DNA of 64,000 nucleotides from Candidatus Omnitrophota bacterium. Its GTDB lineage: Bacteria; Omnitrophota; Gorgyraeia; DTHP01. Under the pieces are notes generated by a model. The model searched no databases and had not been told where the DNA came from. It saw nothing but the letters and a program-made list of their open reading frames with translations. Positions 48,900-59,100 of this stretch are shown here, in pieces. The position numbers were made by a program, and so were the translations under genes. The DNA is taken from the NCBI GenBank assembly GCA_023819145.1, contig JAMWCW010000002.1:75231-139230 (forward strand), in the 5' to 3' direction. Each line of letters begins with the position of its first letter. The stretch's first letter is position 1.

Positions 48900-50216
48900 T
48901 TAGCCAATATTAAATTTAGAATCTAGATACTCTTTTAACTTGTCTATGGAAATACGGTCCTGAAGCATTGTATCTCTATCTCTTATCGTAACCTGTTTAT
49001 CAACGAGAGATTGAACATCTACAGTTACACAATAAACAGTGCCTATCTCATCCTGACGGCGGTAAAGCCGACCAATGCTGGCTGTATCATCATAGGTAAC
49101 CACAAAATACGCACGTAAATCTTCATATATTTTTCTTGCCATTTCTACTATTTCCGACCGATTGCTTAGTAAAGGCAAAACTGCGACCTTAATGGGAGCT
49201 AGTTTTTTATCTAATCCTAAAACAACCCTTTTCTCTCCTTTCACTTTCTCTTCCCGATAAGCATCGATAAGAAAAGCAAGTAGCGAACGGTCAACCCCTC
49301 CCGATGGTTCAATGATGTAGGGAAAAAAAATATCTCGCTTTTGCTCATCAAAATAAGAAAGTTCTATACCGCTAAATTTACTGTGTTGGCGCAGGTCAAA
49401 ATCGGTGCGGTTAGCAATCCCTTCTAACTCCATCCAACCAAAGGGAAAATGATATTCTATATCGGTACAGGCTTTAGCATAATGTGCAAGTTCATCTTCG
49501 GCATGTTCCCGTAAACGTAGATTATCTCTGTTTATTCCCAGTCTTATATACCAGTTAAAACGTTCCTGAATCCAGAAATCGTAATATTCTTTATCTTCTT
49601 CGGGACGGACAAAATATTCCAATTCCATCTGTTCAAATTCGCGAGAACGGAAAGTGAAGTTTCCTGTCGTAATTTCATTACGAAATGCTTTGCCTATCTG
49701 AGCGATGCCAAAAGGAAGTTTAGGGTGTTTGGCGGCAAGAATATTGGCAAAATTTACAAAGATTCCCTGAGCAGTTTCAGGCCTCAGAAAGACTTTTAAA
49801 GCAGTTTCTTCTATCGGGCCGAGATGCGTCTTTAACATCAAATTTGCGTAAGTAACCTCTCCCGACAAAGGTTTTCCGCAGGAAGGACAAAGACCATTTA
49901 CAATCTCAGGATTGTCCTGACGATAATATTTATCACAATGGGAACAACTGAGAAAAGGGTCTGCAAAATTCTGGGCATGGCCGGAAGCTTCCCATATCCG
50001 CGGATGCATTAAAATCGCAGAATCAAGCCCAAAAACATCATCTCTTTCATAAACCATCGCTCTCCACCAAGCGTCTTTAATATTCTTTTTCAACTCGACC
50101 CCCAACGGTCCATAATCCCAAGAACTCGCCAACCCGCCATAAAGTTCGCTGTTCTGAAAAATAAATCCTCGACGCTTAGAGAGAGAAACAATCTTTTCTA
50201 TCGTTACTTCCGACAT
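48900..50216 (-). CDS. glyQS: Glycine--tRNA ligase (homodimeric single-chain type)
   Basis: GFIFQNSELYGGLASSWDYGPLG; class II aaRS motifs; 438 aa. Confidence 0.9.
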   Translation of the reverse strand: MSEVTIEKIVSLSKRRGFIFQNSELYGGLASSWDYGPLGVELKKNIKDAWWRAMVYERDDVFGLDSAILMHPRIWEASGHAQNFADPFLSCSHCDKYYRQDNPEIVNGLCPSCGKPLSGEVTYANLMLKTHLGPIEETALKVFLRPETAQGIFVNFANILAAKHPKLPFGIAQIGKAFRNEITTGNFTFRSREFEQMELEYFVRPEEDKEYYDFWIQERFNWYIRLGINRDNLRLREHAEDELAHYAKACTDIEYHFPFGWMELEGIANRTDFDLRQHSKFSGIELSYFDEQKRDIFFPYIIEPSGGVDRSLLAFLIDAYREEKVKGEKRVVLGLDKKLAPIKVAVLPLLSNRSEIVEMARKIYEDLRAYFVVTYDDTASIGRLYRRQDEIGTVYCVTVDVQSLVDKQVTIRDRDTMLQDRISIDKLKEYLDSKFNIG

Positions 50217-50259
50217 AGGTTTAAAATTTTAACATAAAATCTATAAATAAGCAAGCGCT

Positions 50260-50997
50260 TTACGCCTTCGGGGCTAATTCGTAAGCACGCGGAACCCTCT
50301 CCAGATGGTAAACTAGAAATTTTTCTAAAACTAACCGCAATTCTTCCCGAATTAACCTGCCCATTCTGAGGCGAGAAAAGAGATTTTCTTCAGAACCGCT
50401 CAGTATGTGTTTCAAAGTAGAAATCGTTCCCGGTTGAATAAAAGAGGAATTACCGTCTTCTAAGGCACAATGTTTACAAAGAAGCCCCCCATTTCTATGG
50501 CTAAAATAAGCAGACTTTATAATGGGTTTTTTACATCTAATACAATTATCAATACGCGGTGAAAATCCCGTCAATTGAAGAAGTTTTATCTCAAATATTC
50601 TCACTATGCGTTCCAGGTCTTCTGCATCTCCGATAAGTGTGAAAATTTTTAAAAGCATTTCAAAAATACGCTCATTTTTCTCCTCTAAGGGCATAAACAA
50701 ATCTATCAGTTCTACCAGATAGCTAGCAAATATATGTCTATTTAAGATTGAAAATTTTTCACCAAAATCTTTAAGTAGTTCTGCATCAGTAATAAGATTA
50801 AGTCCACGGCGAGGATAGAAAACTACGGTGTTATAACTGAAGAGAGGAAAACTAGTCCTCCATTTAGGTGGGGAAACACGTACTCCTTTTGCTAAGCCAT
50901 TTATTTTCCCAAAATCTTTAGTAAAGAGTGTAAGGATAAAACTTGTTTCGCGAAATTCACATCTTTTTAAAACCAAGGCTTCGGCTTTCCGTATCAT
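50260..50997 (-). CDS. recO: DNA repair protein RecO
   Basis: N-terminal OB fold (EALVLKR...), C-terminal zinc motif CIRC...CKHC. Confidence 0.8.
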   Translation of the reverse strand: MIRKAEALVLKRCEFRETSFILTLFTKDFGKINGLAKGVRVSPPKWRTSFPLFSYNTVVFYPRRGLNLITDAELLKDFGEKFSILNRHIFASYLVELIDLFMPLEEKNERIFEMLLKIFTLIGDAEDLERIVRIFEIKLLQLTGFSPRIDNCIRCKKPIIKSAYFSHRNGGLLCKHCALEDGNSSFIQPGTISTLKHILSGSEENLFSRLRMGRLIREELRLVLEKFLVYHLERVPRAYELAPKA

Positions 50998-51611
50998 CGT
51001 GATACTATACCAAAAGATATCACTAGTTTTATCCCCTCTTCTACGGATATGTCTAAGGGAATTGTTTTATTTATAGGGACAAAGAGCAAAAAACCGCTCG
51101 TGGGGTTGGGGGTTGTCGGAATAAAAACACTTACCACCTCTTCTTTTGTGCTCTTTTGAATTTCTCCCTTTGTCTCCGAAGTTATAAAACCTAATGCATA
51201 AGAACCATCTTTGGGAAATTCTACCAGCACTACCTTGCGAAACGCCCCCTTTTTACTCAACAATAAAGCATCCGAAATTTCCTTCGTACCGCTGTAAATT
51301 TTACCAATTAAAGGAAGACGTGAAAGAAAGTGTTCTAAAGAAAATAGAAAACGCCGTCCAAAGATATTTTTTGTGGCAATACCTAGTAAAGAAATAATGA
51401 GAATTACAAGAATGAAAATAAAAATTTTAAAAAGAGGAACTAAATAAGTATAAGGAAAGAATTTAAAAAGGTATTTTATCCCTGGTTCAAGAATGATTTG
51501 GTCTAGCTTAAAGTATAAAAAGCGTATAAATAAAAAGCTGATAACTAAAGGAAACAGAATAATAAGACCACTGATAAAATTATTTCTTAATTTACGTATT
51601 AAAGTTTCCAT
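50994..51611 (-). CDS. DUF502-family membrane protein
   Basis: Two N-terminal TM helices followed by a conserved soluble domain. 205 aa. Confidence 0.55.
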   Translation of the reverse strand: METLIRKLRNNFISGLIILFPLVISFLFIRFLYFKLDQIILEPGIKYLFKFFPYTYLVPLFKIFIFILVILIISLLGIATKNIFGRRFLFSLEHFLSRLPLIGKIYSGTKEISDALLLSKKGAFRKVVLVEFPKDGSYALGFITSETKGEIQKSTKEEVVSVFIPTTPNPTSGFLLFVPINKTIPLDISVEEGIKLVISFGIVSR

Positions 51612-51612
51612 T

Positions 51613-52311
51613 TTAAGTCATTAATTGATAAATCAAAATGGTAATTACAATTCCCAAAATTGCCCCTATAACTGTTTCGTAAATATTGTGAATACCTGTT
51701 TTTATTCTACTCCGCGCAATAAGGACTGCCAGAAGAAAAACCAGAAAATTCACTATATTGTTCTTTTGCAAAAGAAAAGTAATCGTCCAGACCGAGAAAG
51801 CAAAAGCACTGTGCCCGGAGGGTATCCCTCCTCGCAAAGGACTTCCACGCCGAAAATAGTATTTTATAGTTACAACCAAAAAGAACAGCAGAATTAAGAT
51901 AATAAGACTAATATGCCATTCTGATTGTTTTATCCTTACCAGAACAGAATCTAAGGGTAAATGGACGCGGTTAAAGAAAAGAAGATAACCTACTCCTACC
52001 GCCAAAATTGAAGCTAATAAAACTGAACCAGCAGATATGTCCTTAATCGTCTTTATTAAGTTGTCGGAATCTTTTTTATATATGTCCAGTAATGATTCTA
52101 CAATTGTATTTAACATCTCAGCAAAAAGCACAAAAGTTACAATAGTTACAAGCAAGGCCAACTCCAAACGAGTAAAATCTAAGTATAATGCAGAAACAAC
52201 GACTAAACCCGCAACTATAAAATGTATGCGCATATTGCGTTGAAACCGCAAGGTATGTAAAAACCCTTCTATAGCCCGATTAAAACTTTCGATTAAATTA
52301 CTATTTCTCAT
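51613..52311 (-). CDS. Fusion protein: diacylglycerol/undecaprenol kinase (DgkA-like) N-terminal domain plus a PAP2 phosphatase C-terminal domain
   Basis: The N-terminal ~120 aa matches prokaryotic DAGK (FNRAIEGF...HFIVAGLVV...AEMLNTIVE). The C-terminus has PAP2 motifs PSGHSA and SRxxxxxH (ARSRIKTGIHNIYE). Confidence 0.6.
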   Translation of the reverse strand: MRNSNLIESFNRAIEGFLHTLRFQRNMRIHFIVAGLVVVSALYLDFTRLELALLVTIVTFVLFAEMLNTIVESLLDIYKKDSDNLIKTIKDISAGSVLLASILAVGVGYLLFFNRVHLPLDSVLVRIKQSEWHISLIILILLFFLVVTIKYYFRRGSPLRGGIPSGHSAFAFSVWTITFLLQKNNIVNFLVFLLAVLIARSRIKTGIHNIYETVIGAILGIVITILIYQLMT

Positions 52312-52747
52312 TAGGTATAATACGGGAGAGAAGAACGTTTTGTAGTTCTTCCATTGTTTTACGCTGTTTTAACGTATGGTCATTATATCCTAAAAGATGC
52401 AATATGCCGTGAATTAAATATAGGTAAAATTCTCTCTCTGTTCTTTGCCCATATCTTTTAGCAAAACGCTTAGCAGCGTCTACAGAAATAATCACTTCTC
52501 CAAAAATATTTTTCCGTTTATGCCCCTGGTTATCAAAAGCTTCACCAAAAGCAAGCACATCGGTATAATTGTTCTTTTTTAAAAAACGGCGATTGAGGCG
52601 TCTTATAAAAACATCACTTACTAAAACTACATCCAAAACCCCGTCTTTTATTTTTAACAAATCTAAAACTTTAAGCGTTTTTTCCTCTACTTCTGAAACC
52701 GAAAACGGAAGTCTTTTATTTATTGTTTTTACTACCTTTATTTCCAT
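52301..52747 (-). CDS. ybeY: rRNA maturation RNase YbeY
   Basis: HGILHLLGYNDH zinc-binding motif. Confidence 0.9.
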   Translation of the reverse strand: MEIKVVKTINKRLPFSVSEVEEKTLKVLDLLKIKDGVLDVVLVSDVFIRRLNRRFLKKNNYTDVLAFGEAFDNQGHKRKNIFGEVIISVDAAKRFAKRYGQRTEREFYLYLIHGILHLLGYNDHTLKQRKTMEELQNVLLSRIIPNEK

Positions 52748-54920
52748 TTTGAACTACTTCGGGATATTTTATTCTTGTATGAAATATTCCTAATAATACT
52801 TTGATAAAACATTCGCTGATCTTATTTAGGTCGCGCAACGTGAGATTGCATTCATTAAGTTGACCTTCGACAAATTTATCATTCAAGATTTTTTTTACCA
52901 GATTACGAATACTGGCAGGATTTGGTTCGTCGAGAGCACGAGACGCTGCTTCTACTGAGTCAGCAAGAAGAACTATCGCTGTCTCATTAGTCTGAGGAAG
53001 TGGTCCGGGGTAACGAAAACGTGTTTCATCAATCTCTTTTTCTTCTTCTCCTCTCAAAATTGCCCGCTGATAAAAATAGTAAACCTTGCTCGTTCCATGA
53101 TGCTGGGCAATAAAGTCAACAACTCTGTGATTTAATTTATGCCTTCTTGCCTTCTCCAAGCCATCCTTAACATGGTTAATAATAACCATGCTGCTTAATT
53201 CCGGCGTGAGTTTCGTATGTTTATTAGAATACGGATGAGGTTGATTCTCATTAAAATATTCTGCTTTTTCTATTTTCCCTATATCGTGATAATATGCTCC
53301 CACGCGGGCAAGAAGCGAATTGGCACCTATAGCTTCACAGGCTGTTTCGGCAAGATTACCAACAATAAGACTGTGATGGTAGGTTCCCGGAGCCTTGAGA
53401 ATCAAGTCTTTTAAAATAGGATGGTTTGTATCTGATAATTCCAGAAGAGTAATATTAGAAATGAGACGGAAGAAGAATTCAAAAAGGGGAAGACTTCCTA
53501 AAACAATAAATGCCGAAATAATCCCATTAAGCAATCCCAAACCTGCTTCTTTTATTAAATCGTAAAGATTAAACTGTTCTAAAACACCTAAAGCAAAAAT
53601 AGAAATAAACTGCAATAGACCTATTCCCAAACCTCCTTTTAAAACATGAGAACGCCTTCTCGCCTTCTCTACCAAGAAAGCCCCTCCTATGCCACCCACA
53701 AGAAAAATCAGTGTATATTTAAAATTTAAATCAAGAATAAAAACAATCATAATGCTCACCAGTATGTTTACCTTAATCGCTACCCTCCCCGATAATAGAA
53801 GGCTTATAAGCATGGCTACTACAGGAATGGGGGTTAAAAGCGGGGAAAGCCCTTTGTCGTACACCATACGGGTTAACAAAATGGCAAGCAAAACTAAAAC
53901 CTCTATAAAAAATAACTCATTAAGATTTGCATATATCAAAGGTTCGTAACGACGGAGATACAGCCCCCCAAGAATAAACAAAAGCAAAACAATAATGCCG
54001 ACGCTTACAATGTCGTAAATAAGATTAATGTTGCCCAATTCCTTATTAACCTGTTCTATAATCATTATTTCTTTGGGAGTAATCCTCTGCCCCTTGGATA
54101 AAATTAATTCATTCTTTTTAATATCAACCTCTTTATAAAAAGGACGAACACGCTCTTCTGCTTCTGTCTTAAATCTCGACGTAATATCACGATTATAGGA
54201 AATATTCGGCTGAATAACCAACTTAAGAAGTTCCTCTAAATAACCTTTAGCCTTTATTAAACCTGGCTCCCTTTTCTCTAAATACTCTCCCATTCTTGCG
54301 TTAATTTCTTCAGGGGTTGAAATAGAGATAACGCCGGTTTCGGTAATAGTATTTATCCCCACATCCCTTATAAGAATCTTGGACTTATTGTCTTTTAACA
54401 ACTCTTGTTTAACGGAATAAGGAATGAGGGGTTGGGGGAAAAACTGCTCTAACAATTCCAAAAAAGATTTCTCTATTTGATTGAAATTATCTATCTCTAT
54501 AAGATTTCTTACCAAATTCAAAGATACAGAAAAACGGCGGGAAATTTCGGCATCGTTTGGAAGAGATTCTTCGGAAGATGTTCTTATAATCGCTATCTGG
54601 TTAAGAAAATCTTTTGCAAGTTTTATCCTATCTTCTGTTTTACTGGCATCATAATCATATACCTCCAGAACACCTTCTCTGGCTTTTTGTTTATCTAACC
54701 TTAACTTTTCTTGGTCAATCTCCGTTTTAACTATAATGTCCAATGGAGAATAGAGGTCATAGGGAGCAATTCCTCCTTCCTTAAACCCTTTTCCAAAATG
54801 CTCTTGAGGTGAATAAAAAATCAAAATAAAGGCAACAAAAAATAATGCACTCAAAAAAGCACGAAGATACCTTTCTAAAAATTTGGAAAAAATACTTTTC
54901 TTAACAGTAAGTCTTTTCAT
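52716..54920 (-). CDS. 7TM-receptor HD-domain phosphohydrolase (HDIG/7TMR-HDED)
   Basis: C-terminal ...HHSLIVGNLAETACEAIG...YYHDIGK. A central block of 7 TM helices. 734 aa. Typical phoH-ybeY neighbourhood. Confidence 0.8.
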   Translation of the reverse strand: MKRLTVKKSIFSKFLERYLRAFLSALFFVAFILIFYSPQEHFGKGFKEGGIAPYDLYSPLDIIVKTEIDQEKLRLDKQKAREGVLEVYDYDASKTEDRIKLAKDFLNQIAIIRTSSEESLPNDAEISRRFSVSLNLVRNLIEIDNFNQIEKSFLELLEQFFPQPLIPYSVKQELLKDNKSKILIRDVGINTITETGVISISTPEEINARMGEYLEKREPGLIKAKGYLEELLKLVIQPNISYNRDITSRFKTEAEERVRPFYKEVDIKKNELILSKGQRITPKEIMIIEQVNKELGNINLIYDIVSVGIIVLLLFILGGLYLRRYEPLIYANLNELFFIEVLVLLAILLTRMVYDKGLSPLLTPIPVVAMLISLLLSGRVAIKVNILVSIMIVFILDLNFKYTLIFLVGGIGGAFLVEKARRRSHVLKGGLGIGLLQFISIFALGVLEQFNLYDLIKEAGLGLLNGIISAFIVLGSLPLFEFFFRLISNITLLELSDTNHPILKDLILKAPGTYHHSLIVGNLAETACEAIGANSLLARVGAYYHDIGKIEKAEYFNENQPHPYSNKHTKLTPELSSMVIINHVKDGLEKARRHKLNHRVVDFIAQHHGTSKVYYFYQRAILRGEEEKEIDETRFRYPGPLPQTNETAIVLLADSVEAASRALDEPNPASIRNLVKKILNDKFVEGQLNECNLTLRDLNKISECFIKVLLGIFHTRIKYPEVVQNGNKGSKNNK

Positions 54921-55876
54921 ACGTTTTTAGATGAATCAAACCTGGCATACGCCTTAATTATTTCTTGAACCAGTTCGTGTCTAACCACATCTTCGTCTGT
55001 AAGAACAACGAAGCTAATTCCCTCAATCTCTTTCAAGACATGCTGAGCCTGGATTAATCCCGATTCTTTGCCGGTGGGAAGGTCTGATTGTGTAATATCT
55101 CCGGTAATCACTGCTTTGGAATCAAACCCTAAACGCGTAAGAAACATCTTCATCTGCTCTGGGGTGGAATTCTGTGCTTCATCAAGAATAATAAAAGAAT
55201 CATTCAGAGTCCTACCCCGCATATAAGCCAGAGGAACTACTTCAATTATTCCCCGTTCTATATAACGTTCAATCTTTTCCACTTCCATCATGTCGTAAAG
55301 GGCATCATAAAGCGGTCTGAGATAAGGACTGACCTTCTCATACATATCTCCTGGCAGATATCCCAAAGATTCTCCTGCTTCTACCGCGGGACGGACAAGA
55401 ATAATGCGCGAAACATCCTGATTCTGCAAAGAACTTACCGCCATAGCCATTGCTAAGTAAGTTTTTCCTGTTCCGGCAGGCCCAATACAGAAAACAATGT
55501 CGTGTTGCCTGATGGCATCAATATATTCCTTCTGACCTTTAGTCTGGGGAGTTATGTATCTGCGTTTCGAAGAAACCTCTATACGGTCAAGATAGATATC
55601 CTGTATTTGCGTGGATTTTCCCTCTTTTACTGCTCGAAGAGAAAAAATTATTTCATGTTTTCTAATTATCCCTCCTTTGCGCACTACTGCTAAAAGTTCT
55701 TCAAATAAACTGAGCGCTTTTTTAATCTCCTGTTCTTCCCCTACAATATTGACAGACTCTCCTCTACCAATTATTCTCACATTCAAAGAACCCTCGATGA
55801 GTTTTATGTTCTCGTCATACTTACCAAAGATAGCCTGTGCTTCCTGAATGTTTTGAAATTGAATATTCTTCTCCAT
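54917..55876 (-). CDS. phoH: PhoH-like ATPase
   Basis: Walker A GPAGTGKTYLAMAMAV; 319 aa. Confidence 0.9.
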   Translation of the reverse strand: MEKNIQFQNIQEAQAIFGKYDENIKLIEGSLNVRIIGRGESVNIVGEEQEIKKALSLFEELLAVVRKGGIIRKHEIIFSLRAVKEGKSTQIQDIYLDRIEVSSKRRYITPQTKGQKEYIDAIRQHDIVFCIGPAGTGKTYLAMAMAVSSLQNQDVSRIILVRPAVEAGESLGYLPGDMYEKVSPYLRPLYDALYDMMEVEKIERYIERGIIEVVPLAYMRGRTLNDSFIILDEAQNSTPEQMKMFLTRLGFDSKAVITGDITQSDLPTGKESGLIQAQHVLKEIEGISFVVLTDEDVVRHELVQEIIKAYARFDSSKNV

Positions 55877-55894
55877 AGAAATATATGAAAAATT

Positions 55895-57289
55895 CTAAAT
55901 CTTGGGCAAAACTCTCTTTATTCCCAACTCCTTAAGTTGTGCCTCGGAAACTTCATCAGGGGCTAAAGTCAGAGGACAAACGCCTTTCTGGGTTTTAGGA
56001 AAAGCAATAGTATCCCGAATACTCTCTCGGTCAAGAATAATGGAGAGCAGGCGATCTATTCCAAAAGCAATGCCTCCATGAGGGGGAGCTCCATACTCAA
56101 ATGCTTTAAGTAGAAAACCGAATCTTCTCTCCGCTTCTTCTGGTGAAATACCCAGCATATTGAAAATTTTTTGCTGGAGTTCTCTTTTATGGATACGGAT
56201 GCTTCCACTACCTATTTCTACTCCATTTATTACAAGGTCATAGGAACGAGCTTTAACCCGCCCTAGGTCACTTCCTAAATAAGGAATGTCTTCTTCGCGG
56301 GGTGAAGTAAAGGGATGGTGTTCGGAATCCCAGCGTTTTTCTGTATCATTGTATTTAAAAAGAGGAAAATCAATAATCCACACAAAAGAAAAACCTTCTT
56401 TTTTATCTCTTATATCAGGTTTGTCAGTATGGTATTTATCCATTGCTTCTTCATAGGACAAACGTGGAAATGGTATGGATAAATTCTTTTTTAGAACTTT
56501 CTCCCAGACAAACTTAAACATTCTTTCTACAAGTTGAAAAATTATTTCTTCTTCAACAAAGGACATCTCTATATCTAACTGTGTAAACTCAGGCTGACGG
56601 TCTGCCCGCAAATCCTCATCACGAAAACAACGAACAATCTGAAAATATTTTTCCAAACCCGCAACCATAAGAATCTGTTTGAATAATTGGGGCGATTGAG
56701 GCAAGGCGTAAAAACTCCCGGGATTTAGACGTGAAGGAACAAGAAAATCACGTGCACCCTCGGGAGTAGATTTTGTAAGCATTGGCGTTTCTACCTCTAT
56801 AAAATTTTCTGCATCGAGAAAATCGCGAAAACCTTTACATATTTTGTGCCGCAGAATTAATGCTGTTTGCATCTGCTTTCTTCGCAAATCAAGAAAGCGA
56901 TAAGTAAGTCTTAATTCCTCCGAAGGAGTAACAGTAAATTCATCGGAGATTTCAAATGGAGGGGTAAGCGAAGAATTAATGATTTCTAAGTAGGAAACTG
57001 CTACCTCGATCTCTCCAGTCTGTAAACGGGGATTTTCTGTCCCTTTGGGCCTCTTCTGCACCCTTCCTTTGATTTGAATAATATATTCGCTACGTAAATC
57101 CTTAGCCTTCTGATAAGCATCTTTATTGGTCTGAGGATGAAAAACTAACTGCGTAATGCCTTCGCGGTCACGCAAGTCTATAAAGATGATGTTTCCGTGG
57201 TCACGCCGAGAAGCAACCCAGCCACAAAGCATCACCTCTTTATCTACCGCGGTTAGATTCAGTTCACCACAGTGATGTGTCCGATACAT
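55895..57289 (-). CDS. aspS: Aspartate--tRNA ligase, bacterial type lacking the GAD insertion domain
   Basis: N-terminal OB domain; QSPQLFKQILMVAGLEKYFQIVRCFRDEDLRADRQPEFTQLD motif 2. DKPDIRDKKEGFSFVWIIDFPLF joins directly, where E. coli AspS carries a ~130-aa GAD insertion. 464 aa. Confidence 0.9.
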   Translation of the reverse strand: MYRTHHCGELNLTAVDKEVMLCGWVASRRDHGNIIFIDLRDREGITQLVFHPQTNKDAYQKAKDLRSEYIIQIKGRVQKRPKGTENPRLQTGEIEVAVSYLEIINSSLTPPFEISDEFTVTPSEELRLTYRFLDLRRKQMQTALILRHKICKGFRDFLDAENFIEVETPMLTKSTPEGARDFLVPSRLNPGSFYALPQSPQLFKQILMVAGLEKYFQIVRCFRDEDLRADRQPEFTQLDIEMSFVEEEIIFQLVERMFKFVWEKVLKKNLSIPFPRLSYEEAMDKYHTDKPDIRDKKEGFSFVWIIDFPLFKYNDTEKRWDSEHHPFTSPREEDIPYLGSDLGRVKARSYDLVINGVEIGSGSIRIHKRELQQKIFNMLGISPEEAERRFGFLLKAFEYGAPPHGGIAFGIDRLLSIILDRESIRDTIAFPKTQKGVCPLTLAPDEVSEAQLKELGIKRVLPKI

Positions 57290-57379
57290 ATCTGCCTCAA
57301 AATTTTAAATTTGCTATTTGATTTTTGATATTTGACCTTTGCTTAATACAATGCGCCTCGTGATTCCAATATTTTTAGG

Positions 57380-58660
57380 TTAAATATTTGAATTCAACCT
57401 CTTTGCTAATTCCTCTCTTATATTTTCTTTTTTAAGAAAAGTCTGTTGGCTTGAAACCATATCGCGTAGAATATACTCACCTTTTTTAATTTCGTCTTCT
57501 CCAATAATCAAAACAAATCTGGCTTTAAGCCTGTCTGCTTTGCGCATTTTCGCTTTGAGAGATTTCTCTGTATAATCCATATCAATAAAGATTCCTTTTT
57601 CTCTTAAATCTCTCATAAGTAAAAAACCAAAGCGCTCTGCCTCTTCTCCTAAAGTAATTAAAAAAACATCAAGAGGACTATCTGCTATATTAAATTTTCC
57701 AGTCTTTTCCAAAGCAAGTATTGCTCTTTCCATTCCCAAAGCAAAGCCTACTGCTCCTAAAGATGGACCACCTAAACCCTCAACGAGATTATCGTAACGT
57801 CCGCCTGCGGCTAAAGCATCTTGAGAACCCAGAAGTTTAGAAACTAATTCAAATACAGTACGGGTATAATAATCGAGACCGCGCACAATACGAGGCTGAA
57901 TTTCATAATTTATACCCGAAGAAGAAAGTGTATTCAGTAAAGACTCAAAATGTTTTTTGCAATCTCCACAAATTAAATCAAGGGTTGAGGGTAAAGATTT
58001 AACGGTCTCCTGGCATTTGGCTTCTTTACAATCAAGCACTCTTAAGACATTAACCTTAACTCTCTCTTTACAAAGTAAACATAGTCTATTTTTCTGCTTA
58101 CCAAGGACTTTTTGGTATTGTTTAGTAATATTTGCTTTATCCCTTTCGCATCCTAAACTGTTTATCTTTAGTAAATAATCCTCCAAACCAAATTCCTTAA
58201 CCATTTTTACTAAGAGGATAATAACCTCTGCATCCACAACATAACTGTAAGAACCTATTACTTCTACCCCGATTTGATGAAATTGACGTAGCCTTCCCGC
58301 CTGGGGACGTTCTGCTCTAAACATCGGGCCAATATAATAAAATTTAGCTAATGATTCTGAGAGATGAATATTGTTTTCCAAGAAAGCTCTTACCGCGGAT
58401 GCGGTTGCTTCTGGACGTAAACAAACTTCCCTCCCACCGCGGTCACGAAAGGAAAACATCTCTTTTCTAACGATATCGGTAGTCTTACCTACTGAACGCA
58501 CAAAAAGTTTCACTTCTTCCAAGATGGGAGTGCGGATTTCTTTATAATTATAAAAAGAAAAAATATCTTCCGCTTTCTTCTCTAAAGTGCGCCAGAGAAA
58601 ACTTTGGGGAGGAAGAATATCTTTTGTCCCCCGTAGTGCTCTGTAGGTAAATTTTTCCAT
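57380..58660 (-). CDS. hisS: Histidine--tRNA ligase
   Basis: ALRGTKDILP...REVCLRPEATASAVRAF...; class II motifs; 426 aa. Confidence 0.9.
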   Translation of the reverse strand: MEKFTYRALRGTKDILPPQSFLWRTLEKKAEDIFSFYNYKEIRTPILEEVKLFVRSVGKTTDIVRKEMFSFRDRGGREVCLRPEATASAVRAFLENNIHLSESLAKFYYIGPMFRAERPQAGRLRQFHQIGVEVIGSYSYVVDAEVIILLVKMVKEFGLEDYLLKINSLGCERDKANITKQYQKVLGKQKNRLCLLCKERVKVNVLRVLDCKEAKCQETVKSLPSTLDLICGDCKKHFESLLNTLSSSGINYEIQPRIVRGLDYYTRTVFELVSKLLGSQDALAAGGRYDNLVEGLGGPSLGAVGFALGMERAILALEKTGKFNIADSPLDVFLITLGEEAERFGFLLMRDLREKGIFIDMDYTEKSLKAKMRKADRLKARFVLIIGEDEIKKGEYILRDMVSSQQTFLKKENIREELAKRLNSNI

Positions 58661-58692
58661 TTTTTTTATTATATCTTATTATAAAATAAGAT

Positions 58693-58724
58693 GCAATAAA
58701 AACCCCCAACGAGTATAGGGGGTT
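58693..58724 (-). terminator. Rho-independent terminator downstream of the HU gene
   Basis: On the minus strand: AACCCCC-tatactcgtt-GGGGGTT followed by TTTATT. A 7-bp GC-rich stem, a 10-nt loop, then a T-run. Confidence 0.55.
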
Positions 58725-58768
58725 GCTTAAAATATCTTTAAAAAAGCCAACTCTAGCTTTAAAACTAT

Positions 58769-59050
58769 CTATCCTTTAAGACGCTGTTTCATAACCCTTC
58801 CTGCTTTAAATACCGCAACTTTGCGTTGAGGTACAGGAACGGTTACTCCGGTGCGCGGATTTCTTCCTGTGCGGGGACGACGAGATTTAACCTTGAAAAC
58901 TCCAAAATTCCTCAATTCCACTTTCTCTCCCTTAGCGAGAGCATCCACAATCATATCTAAGGTTCTCTGCACGATTTTTTTAACCGCAACCTGTTTTACA
59001 CCCGTATCTTGGGCAATTTTTAACACAATGTCTTTCTTAGTAAGAGTCAT
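58769..59050 (-). CDS. HU/IHF-family DNA-binding protein
   Basis: ...RNFGVFKVKSRRPRTGRNPRTG: the conserved beta-arm motif. 93 aa. Confidence 0.85.
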   Translation of the reverse strand: MTLTKKDIVLKIAQDTGVKQVAVKKIVQRTLDMIVDALAKGEKVELRNFGVFKVKSRRPRTGRNPRTGVTVPVPQRKVAVFKAGRVMKQRLKG

Positions 59051-59071
59051 TTCTCCTCCTTGTTTTAAATT

Positions 59072-59100
59072 ATTTTAAAATAATCGACCTAAATTGTCAA
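59072..59100 (-). promoter_or_regulatory. Sigma-70-type promoter for the HU gene: TTGACA-17nt-TAAAAT, followed by an AGGAGG SD
   Basis: The minus strand reads cgcTTGACAatttaggtcgattatttTAAAATaatttaaaacaAGGAGGagaaATG. Confidence 0.5.

Noticed and set aside
58100-58230. Cysteine-rich segment in HisRS (CERD...CLLC...CKEAKC...CGDCKKHF).
   Set aside because: Cys-containing insertion domains are a known lineage-specific variant of bacterial HisRS (a putative Zn site). It is not evidence of anything novel.
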